This document shows positions 35,373-44,659 of a stretch of DNA of 64,000 nucleotides, in pieces. A program made the translations under genes and the position numbers. Source of the stretch: a virus; IMG/VR virus record IMGVR_UViG_3300037086_000398, positions 4,362 through 68,361 of that record; one strand, given 5' to 3'. How positions within the stretch are numbered: position 1 is the stretch's first letter; each line of letters starts with the position of its first letter. The notes under the pieces were generated by a model. The model worked only from the letters and a program-made list of their open reading frames with translations, searched no databases and was not told the origin of the DNA.

Positions 35373-35817
35373 ATATCACTATATGAAGCTTGGACTAGAT
35401 GTTCATGGAGTGGTCGACAAGGATCCATCCCGTTTCATCAAACTGGCTCGAGAAGTGAGACGAGATGGGGGTGAAGTGATTCTCATCACTGGTCATCCCA
35501 TAGACGAACAACTCTATGAGGAACTGGCTGCTTGTGGATTTGATGAATATGATCAAATCGTTTCTGTCCAAGATGAGCTTGAGAAACTCGGCTATCCTGT
35601 CCTCTGTCTTGATAGACACGGTCGAAACCATTATGATGACACTGCATGGGCCTCATTCAAGGGAATCTTCTGCAAAGAACACGGTATCGATTTTCATATC
35701 GATGATACCGCTCACTACCTCGACTTTTTTGAGACTCCATGTGCTCTCTATAAGGATGGTAACTTCGTCATCTTTCCACACACCAGCAACGTCTCTCTAG
35801 ACGGCGTCAAGATCTGA
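35338..35817 (+). CDS. HAD-like hydrolase-fold protein (degenerate motif I), possible nucleotidase/phosphatase
   Basis: 'LGLDVHGVVD' with His in place of the second Asp of DxDG; '...ILITG...FHIDDTAHY' resemble HAD motifs II-IV. Weak. Confidence 0.3.
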   Translation: MKYAAGRFMRSIYHYMKLGLDVHGVVDKDPSRFIKLAREVRRDGGEVILITGHPIDEQLYEELAACGFDEYDQIVSVQDELEKLGYPVLCLDRHGRNHYDDTAWASFKGIFCKEHGIDFHIDDTAHYLDFFETPCALYKDGNFVIFPHTSNVSLDGVKI

Positions 35818-35822
35818 AAAAC

Positions 35823-36134
35823 ATGAAAGTGTATCTCGTGGCTGGCAACAACGCAAACAGTGGAATCAAGATTCAAACCATGCGGACCATATCCACTTTT
35901 GAACAAATTGCCTCTATCATTTTGGACCATTTTGAAAAGCACGGATCACGCTATCAAAATCTTGAGGAGTATGTCAAGAAAGACTATTTTCCATATCGAC
36001 GAATCTATGAGTTTGATATGGATGCGGATTCACCTCCTATCAAGCTTACAGGCGCGAGGATTTGGAAGAAGATGGTAACGATTGAATCTCTTGCTCCCAG
36101 GGTTGCAAAGGGTCTGCTTAAAACGCGAGCCTGA
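35823..36134 (+). CDS. hypothetical protein
   Basis: 103-aa ORF. Confidence 0.35.
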   Translation: MKVYLVAGNNANSGIKIQTMRTISTFEQIASIILDHFEKHGSRYQNLEEYVKKDYFPYRRIYEFDMDADSPPIKLTGARIWKKMVTIESLAPRVAKGLLKTRA

Positions 36135-36188
36135 TGCATATATCATTCCATATACGGGAAACATGAAAGACATGGAGATGGAGTAAAG

Positions 36189-36788
36189 ATGAAGAAGATG
36201 GAATCTGACGGCATTCTGGCAGGGGTTCTAGGAGCAGCAGTTTTCGTTGTCTTCTTCCTTGTCATTGACATTGGAATCGTTTTTTCTCTCCTTCTAGGAG
36301 CTGCCGCATTCATAGGAGGCTTCTTCCTTTTCGAACGAAAGAAACCAGCCGACATCGACAGGGAGAATGATCTCAAGCAGGCCATCGAAATTGGCGATAA
36401 GAACCTTCTCACTATCAAATCTTTGGAGAAGAGAATTCGAAAGGGTCTCGTAGTTTCCAAGGTCAAGGAGATTGACACTATTTTCGAAAGCATCCTTCTT
36501 GACATCAAGAAGGATCCAGCAAAGCTTCACAATTCCAAGCAGTTTCTCGACTATTACGTCCCATCCACTATTAAAATCCTCTCGAAGTACATCGATATTT
36601 CGTCACAGAATGTCAGCAGCACCAGCATCAAGGCGTCCTTGACGAAGGTGGAAGGAATGCTCGACACTATCAGAGACGCGTTTGATGCTCAGCATGCTCG
36701 TATTCTTTCGAATGATGTCATGGATCTCGATACCGAAATCAAAACTCTCGACCAGACTATCAACATGGATGGTCTTGGAAAAGAATGA
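36189..36788 (+). CDS. XpaC-like membrane protein (5-bromo-4-chloroindolyl phosphate hydrolysis protein family)
   Basis: 199 aa with an N-terminal double transmembrane segment and a helical C-terminal domain. Sits immediately upstream of a TelA-like gene, the same pairing as Bacillus yaaN/xpaC. Confidence 0.4.
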   Translation: MKKMESDGILAGVLGAAVFVVFFLVIDIGIVFSLLLGAAAFIGGFFLFERKKPADIDRENDLKQAIEIGDKNLLTIKSLEKRIRKGLVVSKVKEIDTIFESILLDIKKDPAKLHNSKQFLDYYVPSTIKILSKYIDISSQNVSSTSIKASLTKVEGMLDTIRDAFDAQHARILSNDVMDLDTEIKTLDQTINMDGLGKE

Positions 36789-36841
36789 TAGCCTCTTTTC
36801 GAAATAAAAGAGACGTAGCCCAAGATGAAAAGGAGAAAAGG

Positions 36842-37903
36842 ATGAGTGATTCTTCAACAGCACTGGCACCGGTAGATGTGAAAAGTTTATCGAAGCCCGA
36901 TCTTTCAAAGGCTTTGGATTTTGCCAAAGCAATCGACCCGGGAAACACCGGCAACTTGATCCAGTACGGCACTGGAGCACAGAGCAAAATTGCCAGCCTC
37001 GCCGACAACATGCTTACTCAGATCAGGACGAAGGATACGGGCGAGGTCGGAGAAGCTCTCACAGACTTGATGTTCAAGGTGAAGGATGTGGACGTCTCTG
37101 GTCTTACGAAGGACCACAAGGGTCTCTTCGCCAATCTGAAAAACAAGGTCGAACACTTCATGGCGAAGTACGAAAAGCTCGAAACCCAAATCGACCACAT
37201 CATCGACCAGCTCAATAAGAGCAAGATGCAGATGATCACCGACATCAACATGCTCGACCAACTCTACAAGCAGAACCTCGACTACATGCACGGTCTCGAT
37301 CTATACATCGCTGGTGGACAGCTCCGTCTCGAAGAGCTCAAGACCAAGCTTCTGCCCCAGATGCAGGAGAAGGCCAAGGCTTCTGGCACGCCTGAAGACG
37401 CACAGGAGCTCAGTGACTTCAACAACTTCATCTCCCAAGTGGAGAAGAAGCTCTATGATCTCAAGCTGAGCCGGATGATCTCCATCCAGACGGCTCCCCA
37501 GGTCAAGTTGATCCAGGGCGGAGATCAAGTTCTAGTCCAGAAGATTCAGAGCTCCATCATGACGACTATTCCTCTCTGGAAAAACCAGATCGTCATCGCC
37601 ATCTCTCTCTTCAGGCAGAAGAAAGCGTTGGGAGTTGAGAAGGCCGTCACAGACGCCACGAATGATCTTCTCAAGAAGAACTCCGAGCTTCTCCATCAGG
37701 GAACTGTCGAAGTTGCCAAGGAGAATGAGAGGGGCATTGTGGACATCGAGACTCTCGAGCAGACAAACTCTGATCTCATCGCAACGATCGAGGATTGTAT
37801 CCAGATTCAGGAAGAGGGAAAGCAGAAGAGAGCGGCTGCAGAACAGACTCTCATCCAGCTCGAAAGCGATCTCAAGGCGAAGCTCACAGCAGTTCGCAAC
37901 TAA
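36842..37903 (+). CDS. TelA-like toxic-anion-resistance protein
   Basis: '...IQYGTGAQSKIASLADNMLTQIRTKDTGEVGEALTDLM...' matches the TelA/KlaB pattern; ~355 aa coiled-coil; RBS 'aaggagaaaagg'. Confidence 0.55.
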   Translation: MSDSSTALAPVDVKSLSKPDLSKALDFAKAIDPGNTGNLIQYGTGAQSKIASLADNMLTQIRTKDTGEVGEALTDLMFKVKDVDVSGLTKDHKGLFANLKNKVEHFMAKYEKLETQIDHIIDQLNKSKMQMITDINMLDQLYKQNLDYMHGLDLYIAGGQLRLEELKTKLLPQMQEKAKASGTPEDAQELSDFNNFISQVEKKLYDLKLSRMISIQTAPQVKLIQGGDQVLVQKIQSSIMTTIPLWKNQIVIAISLFRQKKALGVEKAVTDATNDLLKKNSELLHQGTVEVAKENERGIVDIETLEQTNSDLIATIEDCIQIQEEGKQKRAAAEQTLIQLESDLKAKLTAVRN

Positions 37904-37958
37904 CAAAGGCATTTGCTTGGCTCTCATATATGAGAGCCAAGAGATTTATCCTAGGAGG

Positions 37959-39629
37959 ATGAAAATGAAGCGTGGTTTGATTGGTGGATTGATTATCGTA
38001 TTAGTCGTAGGTCTGGGACTTGGGTTCAAGTTCATTTTCATGAACAAACCGAACCCTTCTACCAACAGCACTACGGCACAGACAAGTGCGGCTGGACTCA
38101 CTTTCGCGAAGGCAGCTCCCGTTACTCTGCCTCCAGTTGGTGGATACAAGCTGGCAAGTGTGGATCTTGGGGATGGACCCGTTCCTCTCCTCACGATTCC
38201 TCTTGATACTTGGGGCGGATATGCCGCCATCTTTGCTGCAAACGGCGGATTGAAGCCAAACAAGGACAGTCTTTTTTACAAGAAGGGCCACTTCGCAGTT
38301 CAGATTGTCAGCGAAGAGAGCTCTGAGAAGCAGCTTCAGGGATATGCAAGCGGACAGTGGCCGATTATTTGGACCCAGATGGACGCAATGCCTCTGTTCC
38401 TCGACGCTTTCAAGGCTGATAAGCGTGTTTCGCCGAAGACTCTTTTGCTACTCGACTGGAGCGATGGTGGAGACGGAATTCTTTTCCGCAATACCATCAA
38501 ATCTGCCGCAGATCTGAAGGGAAAGATTGTTATCACTTCGAGCAATACTCCATTCAGCTTTATGCTGCTTTGGTATTTGGCTCAGAACGGCCTGACTGGA
38601 AACGACGTTAAGGTTGCTTGGATTGATGATGGTGATAAGGCCCTCAAAGAGTTCAAGAACAACAAAGATGTTGCAGCTTGGGTCAGCTGGACTCCCTACA
38701 TCAACGATGCTGCAGATTCGAGCTCACCGAACTATATTTCTGATGCACACTTGGTCATCTCCTCGAAGGATGCCAATCAGGTTATCGCTGACCTTCTTAT
38801 GGTCAGAAGTGATTTGCTTGCCGACAAACCTCAAATGATGCAGGATTTTGTCGAGGCAGTAATGGAAGGGACTCAACAGATCGGAACTCAGACCTTTAAC
38901 GATATGGCAACCTTCTACAAGGTAAAAGCCGGGGATGCAAAAGACATGCTCACTGATGTGCATATCGCAAACTTTCCTGAGAACAAGATGTTCTTCGATT
39001 CGAATAACTCTATCGGGGCCTACAAGGTGTTCTTGCTTTCTCAGGAATACTACAAGCAACTTGGTGCTCTGGGCGCAGATGCAAGCTATGGACCTGAGAG
39101 GGTTCTTGCTCCCAAGATCATTGCAGCACTCGATAAGAAGGGCATCTTCAACAATCAGAAAAACATGATGGTCAATTCTTTTAACAAGAAGGCCTCATTC
39201 GACATTTCTGATCTTGAGAACCAGAGAGTGGTTCTTACAAACAATGTTGATCTGTTCTTCGAAGCACAGAAACTCGACTTTGATGTCAACAGCTCCAGCC
39301 CTGATATCAAAAATAATATGGTCCTTCTCAGTAAGGTTGCTGAACAGACAAAGTTCCTTGCAACTACTGTTGTCAAGTTGGCTGGGTATCTCGATACCGC
39401 GAAGGTTGCCGATTTCAAGGCTCAGGGCAATCAACAGTTTATCGAGGCAAGCGCTCAGGCGAAGTTGATTTCCAAGAAGAGGGCCGAGTTTATCAAGTCG
39501 GTTCTCGTCAAGAACTTCAGCGTGGACCCTGATCGTATCTTCACTGAAGGAAAGGGATGGGACAACCCGATCTCGGATGACCCGAATAAGAACCGCCGAG
39601 TCGAAGTGCGCTTTATCTCTCTGGAGTAG
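37959..39629 (+). CDS. membrane-anchored protein with periplasmic substrate-binding-like domain and C-terminal OmpA-like domain
   Basis: N-terminal transmembrane 'LIGGLIIVLVVGLGLGF', a central SBP-like region, and a C-terminal 'TEGKGWDNPISDDPNKNRRVEVRFI' OmpA/MotB peptidoglycan-binding motif. RBS 'aggagg'. The track ORF starts at 37635 but overlaps the previous gene. Confidence 0.5.
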   Translation: MKMKRGLIGGLIIVLVVGLGLGFKFIFMNKPNPSTNSTTAQTSAAGLTFAKAAPVTLPPVGGYKLASVDLGDGPVPLLTIPLDTWGGYAAIFAANGGLKPNKDSLFYKKGHFAVQIVSEESSEKQLQGYASGQWPIIWTQMDAMPLFLDAFKADKRVSPKTLLLLDWSDGGDGILFRNTIKSAADLKGKIVITSSNTPFSFMLLWYLAQNGLTGNDVKVAWIDDGDKALKEFKNNKDVAAWVSWTPYINDAADSSSPNYISDAHLVISSKDANQVIADLLMVRSDLLADKPQMMQDFVEAVMEGTQQIGTQTFNDMATFYKVKAGDAKDMLTDVHIANFPENKMFFDSNNSIGAYKVFLLSQEYYKQLGALGADASYGPERVLAPKIIAALDKKGIFNNQKNMMVNSFNKKASFDISDLENQRVVLTNNVDLFFEAQKLDFDVNSSSPDIKNNMVLLSKVAEQTKFLATTVVKLAGYLDTAKVADFKAQGNQQFIEASAQAKLISKKRAEFIKSVLVKNFSVDPDRIFTEGKGWDNPISDDPNKNRRVEVRFISLE

Positions 39630-39637
39630 AAACAGTT

Positions 39638-40447
39638 ATGAAGAAAATACTGGTTCTATTGGCAGTTCTAACTATGTTGATTGGATGCGGAGAGCAAGTG
39701 CCCTCCGCATCTTCACCCAGTGCTCCAAAACATGAGTCACCGTTCGCAGGAACCCCAGGATATATCCTGAGGTTTGGAAGTGACTTCAAGACTGGAATGA
39801 ATTCAGTCGATGATTTTGGAATCTCTGTGGTTATTGCGATGGATGTGAGTGGATCAATGGCCGATCAACCCCAAAGTGGTGGAGAGCCTAAGTTCATTCA
39901 GGCGACCAAAGCTCTTGCCACGGTTGCAAGTTATATCGAAACTCTAGCTCAAAAACAAAAGGATTTGAAAATCCAAGTCTCAATCCTGAGATTCAACAAT
40001 CATGTTGAGGAAGTGCTCCCTCTGACTCTCTTGAATACTGCTGGTGTTATTAAGCTCAATAATGCGGTCAATCCCGGCAATTTCAGGCCCAATGGCGGAA
40101 CAGCAATTGGTGGAGCAATGCAGCTTGGTTCTGAGATTCTTGCTCAATCAGGAACTATCTTCAACTCTCTGATCATAGTAACTGATGGTGAAAACAACGT
40201 CAATCCTGATCCAGAGGACGTCATGAAGGCGATGTATAGCAACCGCAACAACATCACCAATGAAGATATGAAGATTACAACATCAAGCCAACTTGTTTCG
40301 TTTGTTGGATTTGATGTACAGTCGAAACAATTTGGTGAGTTCCACACTCTAGGTGCGAGAGTGACTTCAGCCAATAGTCAGGTGGAGATCGAAAATAGTC
40401 TTAAGGCATTCCTCGAAGCTGATATCACGAAACTCGAGGGCAGATAA
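39638..40447 (+). CDS. vWA-domain lipoprotein
   Basis: Signal peptide plus lipobox 'LIGC'. MIDAS motif 'VIAMDVSGSM' with '...TAIGGAM...IIVTDGENN'. Confidence 0.6.
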   Translation: MKKILVLLAVLTMLIGCGEQVPSASSPSAPKHESPFAGTPGYILRFGSDFKTGMNSVDDFGISVVIAMDVSGSMADQPQSGGEPKFIQATKALATVASYIETLAQKQKDLKIQVSILRFNNHVEEVLPLTLLNTAGVIKLNNAVNPGNFRPNGGTAIGGAMQLGSEILAQSGTIFNSLIIVTDGENNVNPDPEDVMKAMYSNRNNITNEDMKITTSSQLVSFVGFDVQSKQFGEFHTLGARVTSANSQVEIENSLKAFLEADITKLEGR

Positions 40448-40471
40448 TATCAGCTTCTTTTTCATGTGAAG

Positions 40472-40498
40472 AGCCCCTCGAAAGAGGGGCCTTTTTTC
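40472..40498 (+). terminator. rho-independent terminator (conserved family)
   Basis: 'gcccctc-gaaa-gaggggc' followed by TTTTTT. Confidence 0.75.
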
Positions 40499-40555
40499 AG
40501 AAAAATGTTCGGCCACGGGGCGCACTGACAAGCATATATCTTACAAAAGAATAAA

Positions 40556-40726
40556 ATGGCAAAGCCAAAATTCAAAAACAAAGAAGACATAGAGCGCTGG
40601 CAAGAATTGTGGAATCAATTATTACCCGAAATGAACAGGGCTAATCTAAACTTAGAAGAAAAAGAAGCTTTAGTAGTTCAACAATATTTTGTCAAAAAGT
40701 GGTCTGAAGAACATCCCGCAACTTAG
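40556..40726 (+). CDS. small hypothetical protein (56 aa) between two terminators
   Basis: 'MAKPKFKNKEDIERWQELWNQLLPEMNRANLNLEEKEALVVQQYFVKKWSEEHPAT'. Confidence 0.3.
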   Translation: MAKPKFKNKEDIERWQELWNQLLPEMNRANLNLEEKEALVVQQYFVKKWSEEHPAT

Positions 40727-40742
40727 CTTCAGATTATAAACT

Positions 40743-40766
40743 GCCCCTCAAAAGAGGGGCCTTTTG
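40743..40766 (+). terminator. hairpin of the conserved family (weak T-run)
   Basis: 'gcccctc-aaaa-gaggggc' followed by cTTTTgg. Confidence 0.45.
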
Positions 40767-40781
40767 GCATATGTCTTATAG

Positions 40782-41231
40782 ATGACCAGATACAAAAGAC
40801 TTTACTATCAAGCCGTATCTCTTCATGAAGCTGCCCATGCTTTCTATTGGGAAAAGGGCGGGTATAAGGTTGCAGAACTCTGCATGAGACAAATTTTCTA
40901 TTGCCAAACTGGTCCAAGAATTCTAACACCTCAAACCTATCTTCACTGTGTCAAGGGTATTTTGGCAGGCCCCGCCATCTCTATGATGAATGGAATTCCA
41001 ATTACTTATGAGTGGAATAAAAAGGATTTGAATCAGGCTAAAAAAATTATCTCTTTTTTCAGAAGAGACATGAACAAACGAGAACTCCAAACACATATTA
41101 TACGACTTACGAAGCAGCTCAACAATCAAATCAAAAATCATCATTTCAAAAAAATCGAACGATTGGCAGACATTTTGCTTGAGAGGAGATTTCTCACTGG
41201 AAGAGAGGTTCGAAAAATCCTCAAAGCATAG
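40782..41231 (+). CDS. putative zinc metallopeptidase-like protein (HExxH)
   Basis: 'SLHEAAHAFYW' gives a HExxH motif; otherwise unrecognised. Confidence 0.35.
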   Translation: MTRYKRLYYQAVSLHEAAHAFYWEKGGYKVAELCMRQIFYCQTGPRILTPQTYLHCVKGILAGPAISMMNGIPITYEWNKKDLNQAKKIISFFRRDMNKRELQTHIIRLTKQLNNQIKNHHFKKIERLADILLERRFLTGREVRKILKA

Positions 41232-41239
41232 TTTTTGAT

Positions 41240-41581
41240 ATGGAAGAATGGATCCATGTCAAAAAGCTCTCTCCTCATGACCAGTATGATTGGGTCAAGA
41301 TAGTGGCCATCATACGTAAGAATGACACTGGAGAAATCAGAGAATCTGAACACGACGCGATTATGGACGGCGAACAGCCACATATTTTTATTTGGGATGA
41401 AGGCAACTATTCTTGTGACTGTAATAGACAAATTTTCTTCTCCTCTGGAGATGAAGAGGATGAAACAGTCATGGAAGCAAAAGAACTCCTTGATGAAAAG
41501 AGAACCTGTTGTGGAGATGGAGCCTATTCTGTCAATCTCAAGAATCCAGTTACTGGAACCATTTTTTACAAAGAATTCTAA
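41240..41581 (+). CDS. hypothetical protein with Cys cluster
   Basis: 'YSCDCNRQ...TCCGDG'. Confidence 0.3.
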   Translation: MEEWIHVKKLSPHDQYDWVKIVAIIRKNDTGEIRESEHDAIMDGEQPHIFIWDEGNYSCDCNRQIFFSSGDEEDETVMEAKELLDEKRTCCGDGAYSVNLKNPVTGTIFYKEF

Positions 41582-41604
41582 CCCATCGAAAGAGGGGTTT
41601 TTTA
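41582..41604 (+). terminator. rho-independent terminator (conserved family, one mismatch)
   Basis: 'cccatc-gaaa-gagggg' followed by TTTTTT. Confidence 0.6.
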
Positions 41605-41620
41605 TTTGTAAGATAATCAT

Positions 41621-42022
41621 ATGTTCGAAAATCAGAGCATTAATCAGATTGCTAATTCTGCATATCGACGTCTGCGAACCGTTCTAGGAATGGCTAGTGC
41701 TGGAGCAAGTTGGTGGGCACGATGCCCCCAAGCAGATGTAATAAAAATGGCCCTTAACTATAGGGATTTTTTTTACAACGTTTTGTGGGATAAAAATCTG
41801 CCATTGAATTTCACATCACAAAGAGCCCATGCTATTGAAGATATGGCCCATGATGCAGCAATAGCTAAAATGAGAAGCCTACCAATTGTTCCAGAGCCCC
41901 TCGCCCTCCCTCCTCATGGAGGAGATGGTGATCCTCCTTTAAACAATACGACTTTGATGATTCGATTAAGTACTGTTGGTGAAGCATTCAAAAAAACTTG
42001 GTTGGACAATATAACAACATGA
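41621..42022 (+). CDS. hypothetical protein, tandem paralog A
   Basis: 'NSAYRRLRTVLGMA...YNVLWDKNLPLNFT' is shared with the next gene. Confidence 0.4.
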   Translation: MFENQSINQIANSAYRRLRTVLGMASAGASWWARCPQADVIKMALNYRDFFYNVLWDKNLPLNFTSQRAHAIEDMAHDAAIAKMRSLPIVPEPLALPPHGGDGDPPLNNTTLMIRLSTVGEAFKKTWLDNITT

Positions 42023-42360
42023 GCTTAGATACTGTTGCTAGATCAACCTATCTTCGATTAATCAATACTCTGATTACAGCCGCTCATACTATGGGTCCAT
42101 TAAATTCTAGAATAGAATTCGTATTGATGTCACAATTTGGGAGAGCGCGCAAAGATTACATTTATAATACTCTATTTGAGGCTCCTTTACCAAATGGCTT
42201 CACGATCGAGAAGGCAATTCGCGCAGAAAATTTAGCATTTGCAGCAGGAATTGGTAGAATCTATGAATTGAAATCACAAAAAAATATAAGTGTATATGAT
42301 AAAATGTCCGACATTACTATGACGTTCATCAATACTTGGGCCAAGGCGTTGGTCTCATGA
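41998..42360 (+). CDS. hypothetical protein, tandem paralog B
   Basis: 'RSTYLRLINTLITA...YNTLFEAPLPNGFT'. Confidence 0.4.
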   Translation: MVGQYNNMSLDTVARSTYLRLINTLITAAHTMGPLNSRIEFVLMSQFGRARKDYIYNTLFEAPLPNGFTIEKAIRAENLAFAAGIGRIYELKSQKNISVYDKMSDITMTFINTWAKALVS

Positions 42361-42368
42361 GAAAATAA

Positions 42369-42626
42369 ATGGAATATAGAGTCAAAAACATTCCAATTTT
42401 CAAACCAATCCATATCGGTGGTGATACCTCAGTCGCCTTTTATCGCGATTCAAACTTTAGCTATTTCATGTCTCTTATGCCAGATGGAAAAGCTGCAAGC
42501 CATGTTAGAGATAACGATCAGATAGTTAAATTTGATTGGCGGACATGGAGATCTCTTTTGAAAGGATCTCATGAGATTACCAAGTTCATTTTTGAAATTG
42601 AATGGCTTAAAATATTCAAAGCATAG
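42369..42626 (+). CDS. hypothetical protein
   Basis: 85-aa ORF. Confidence 0.3.
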   Translation: MEYRVKNIPIFKPIHIGGDTSVAFYRDSNFSYFMSLMPDGKAASHVRDNDQIVKFDWRTWRSLLKGSHEITKFIFEIEWLKIFKA

Positions 42627-42642
42627 TTCTAATAGGAAGACA

Positions 42643-43332
42643 ATGAAAGAAAACCTAGGCAATCCAAAAGATTTTGTTCATCTAACACTAGATGATTTTG
42701 TCAGTGGTGTAAATGAGGGGGTGCTCATTGATACGGTGACCTCTAAAGAGCTATTGGATCGCACGAGATTTAGGCCAGTTAGTTCAGAAAAAATTGTCAA
42801 TCCTAGAACTGATTTCAAAATCCAAGCCTATATAAAAACTCCTCATTTCGAAAATCAATTTGAAAAAAGATTCATCAAAGGTGAAGAACAAGTCAGTCAT
42901 AGAATGGGAAACACTCTCTTCAAAGATCTGCCTGATTGGAAACCGCTGACCCATGAAATCTTCAAAGAAAAGCTTTTGCTCGGAATTAATAAACTTATTA
43001 CGGATCATAAGCTCACACTTGGTGGCTATCACATCATCTCTCAATCTACTAGAATGGTTATTCCAGTAGCCAATGTTCAAGTCAAGGATGAAAACAAACG
43101 AGCTCTGATAATTTCCTCTATATTCCACACTGCAATGACAAATCTTGATGTCTTCAAATGGCACAATAGACCCTTTGACAGAAAACAGATTATAGTTGAG
43201 TATCGAGATTGGGACGCTTTTAAAGAATATGTCCAGAAAACGAATGTATACATGATTGAGGGCATCAATGTTGAGCTCTTTATCGAAGATGACGAAGTCT
43301 ATCCAAACACTCCCATCATTTTCGTAGAGTAG
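42643..43332 (+). CDS. hypothetical protein
   Basis: 229-aa ORF with the start at the Met after 'ggaagacaATG'. Confidence 0.35.
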   Translation: MKENLGNPKDFVHLTLDDFVSGVNEGVLIDTVTSKELLDRTRFRPVSSEKIVNPRTDFKIQAYIKTPHFENQFEKRFIKGEEQVSHRMGNTLFKDLPDWKPLTHEIFKEKLLLGINKLITDHKLTLGGYHIISQSTRMVIPVANVQVKDENKRALIISSIFHTAMTNLDVFKWHNRPFDRKQIIVEYRDWDAFKEYVQKTNVYMIEGINVELFIEDDEVYPNTPIIFVE

Positions 43333-43361
43333 CATATTTCACACTATACAAAAGGTGAGGT

Positions 43362-43859
43362 ATGGGAAGCTACGATAAAAACTCAAAAAGAACAAAACTT
43401 GGTGAAGATTCCGAAGAATGGTATCGTGCGCACAGAATCGAGAATGGTCTTCCAGAAGATTCAATTAAAAGACTAGATTCTTCTCATGATCAAGCTACTA
43501 GAGGTGATTTCGAAATAGATGGAGAGCCTGATAGAGAGGTCAAATCTGGACCGTGGATTGAAACAGGATGCTTAGATAAACATCGACTTGCTGATGAGAC
43601 TCAGGTGACCTATAACGTCCAAAGGGCAAAGCGAGATAAAAAAAAATTAGGTGAGATTCAAGTAAAGAAACTACGAAAATATCACAATGATCAATGTGAA
43701 AAACATGGTGGAGAAGACGTTCTGAAACAGAGAGTTGTCAATAATGGTTCTGATGACGAATGGTGCGGCGCAGCAGTTAAAGATTTTGGACCATATAGAT
43801 ACAAAATAGAAGAAGATGAACTATTTCTCAATATGGAGAAGGTAAGTGAAAAGATATAA
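43362..43859 (+). CDS. hypothetical protein
   Basis: 165-aa ORF with RBS 'aaggtgagg'. Confidence 0.35.
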   Translation: MGSYDKNSKRTKLGEDSEEWYRAHRIENGLPEDSIKRLDSSHDQATRGDFEIDGEPDREVKSGPWIETGCLDKHRLADETQVTYNVQRAKRDKKKLGEIQVKKLRKYHNDQCEKHGGEDVLKQRVVNNGSDDEWCGAAVKDFGPYRYKIEEDELFLNMEKVSEKI

Positions 43860-44159
43860 ATGATGAATTTCGAAAATATCAAACCAGGTGACATTTTTAA
43901 AACAATAACCCCAGGATTTGTTGGTAATGACACTGCATATCACTTAGTTAGGAGAGTTGATAGTAGTCGATTTTTAGTCTCTTCCCTTACATACGACCAT
44001 TTCAAAGAAAATTGGTATGATTGGGAGAGTCACTATTACAAATTCAACGACTTTGCTGATATGACTGAGAGACCAACAAAAAACAATGAAAGTGACGGCC
44101 TTGCAACTAAAAGCAATGAGAGAGCTTGGATTAAGTTCGTTTTTGGGCGTCCCACATGA
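43860..44159 (+). CDS. hypothetical protein
   Basis: 99-aa ORF. Confidence 0.3.
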   Translation: MMNFENIKPGDIFKTITPGFVGNDTAYHLVRRVDSSRFLVSSLTYDHFKENWYDWESHYYKFNDFADMTERPTKNNESDGLATKSNERAWIKFVFGRPT

Positions 44160-44377
44160 ATCAAAAAAGCAAAAAGAAAATGATTGTGGCAGAGGCCAAA
44201 CTTCTATTAGATCCACCAAAACCACCAGAAGAATCTCAATACTATCAATGGAACTATGGTTTTGATTCTTCTTCTACATCATGGGGATTCTATTCAAACG
44301 GATCCAACAAGTCGTCCAAGAACTCCCGTCAGGCATTTGCTTCAAGAAACAAAAAGAAATGGAAACCAGCATTTTAG
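44156..44377 (+). CDS. hypothetical basic protein
   Basis: 73-aa ORF, Lys/Ser-rich. Confidence 0.3.
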   Translation: MNQKSKKKMIVAEAKLLLDPPKPPEESQYYQWNYGFDSSSTSWGFYSNGSNKSSKNSRQAFASRNKKKWKPAF

Positions 44378-44418
44378 AGTCGATTTGAAGTGGTCTATAA
44401 TGATATAGGAGGAAAGCC

Positions 44419-44634
44419 ATGAAGACTTTCAACTATATCCTTGATAGCCTCTCTTTCGACAAAGTTGGAGCTCTTTATCGCTGCCTCTTGCAGGTGAAGG
44501 AGATCCATTACTTCAACTACAATACTGAGTCTCAGGTTCTCTGCCTCAGGTCTACTGGTGACCAGACTGAGTCTCTTGAGATTGCCGCTGAGATCGTTGG
44601 GTTTCAGATTCGCGGAATCGTGCCTGAAGCATAA
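44419..44634 (+). CDS. hypothetical protein
   Basis: 71-aa ORF with RBS 'aggagg'. Confidence 0.3.
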   Translation: MKTFNYILDSLSFDKVGALYRCLLQVKEIHYFNYNTESQVLCLRSTGDQTESLEIAAEIVGFQIRGIVPEA

Positions 44635-44659
44635 TTGAATGTATTAGGAGGAGAGCCAT

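Noticed and set aside
37635-37958. N-terminal 108-aa extension of the 664-aa track ORF
   Set aside because: It overlaps the TelA-like gene's 3' end, is Arg/Ser-rich, and has no RBS. A strong RBS (aggagg) and a signal/transmembrane segment begin at the Met at 37959.
36905-39059. Multiple 100-130-aa minus-strand ORFs (36905-37291, 37301-37528, 37532-37927, 37946-38291, 38724-39059)
   Set aside because: All sit inside the higher-GC TelA-like and SBP/OmpA genes, which carry recognisable domains on the + strand. Long antisense ORFs are expected at ~50% GC.
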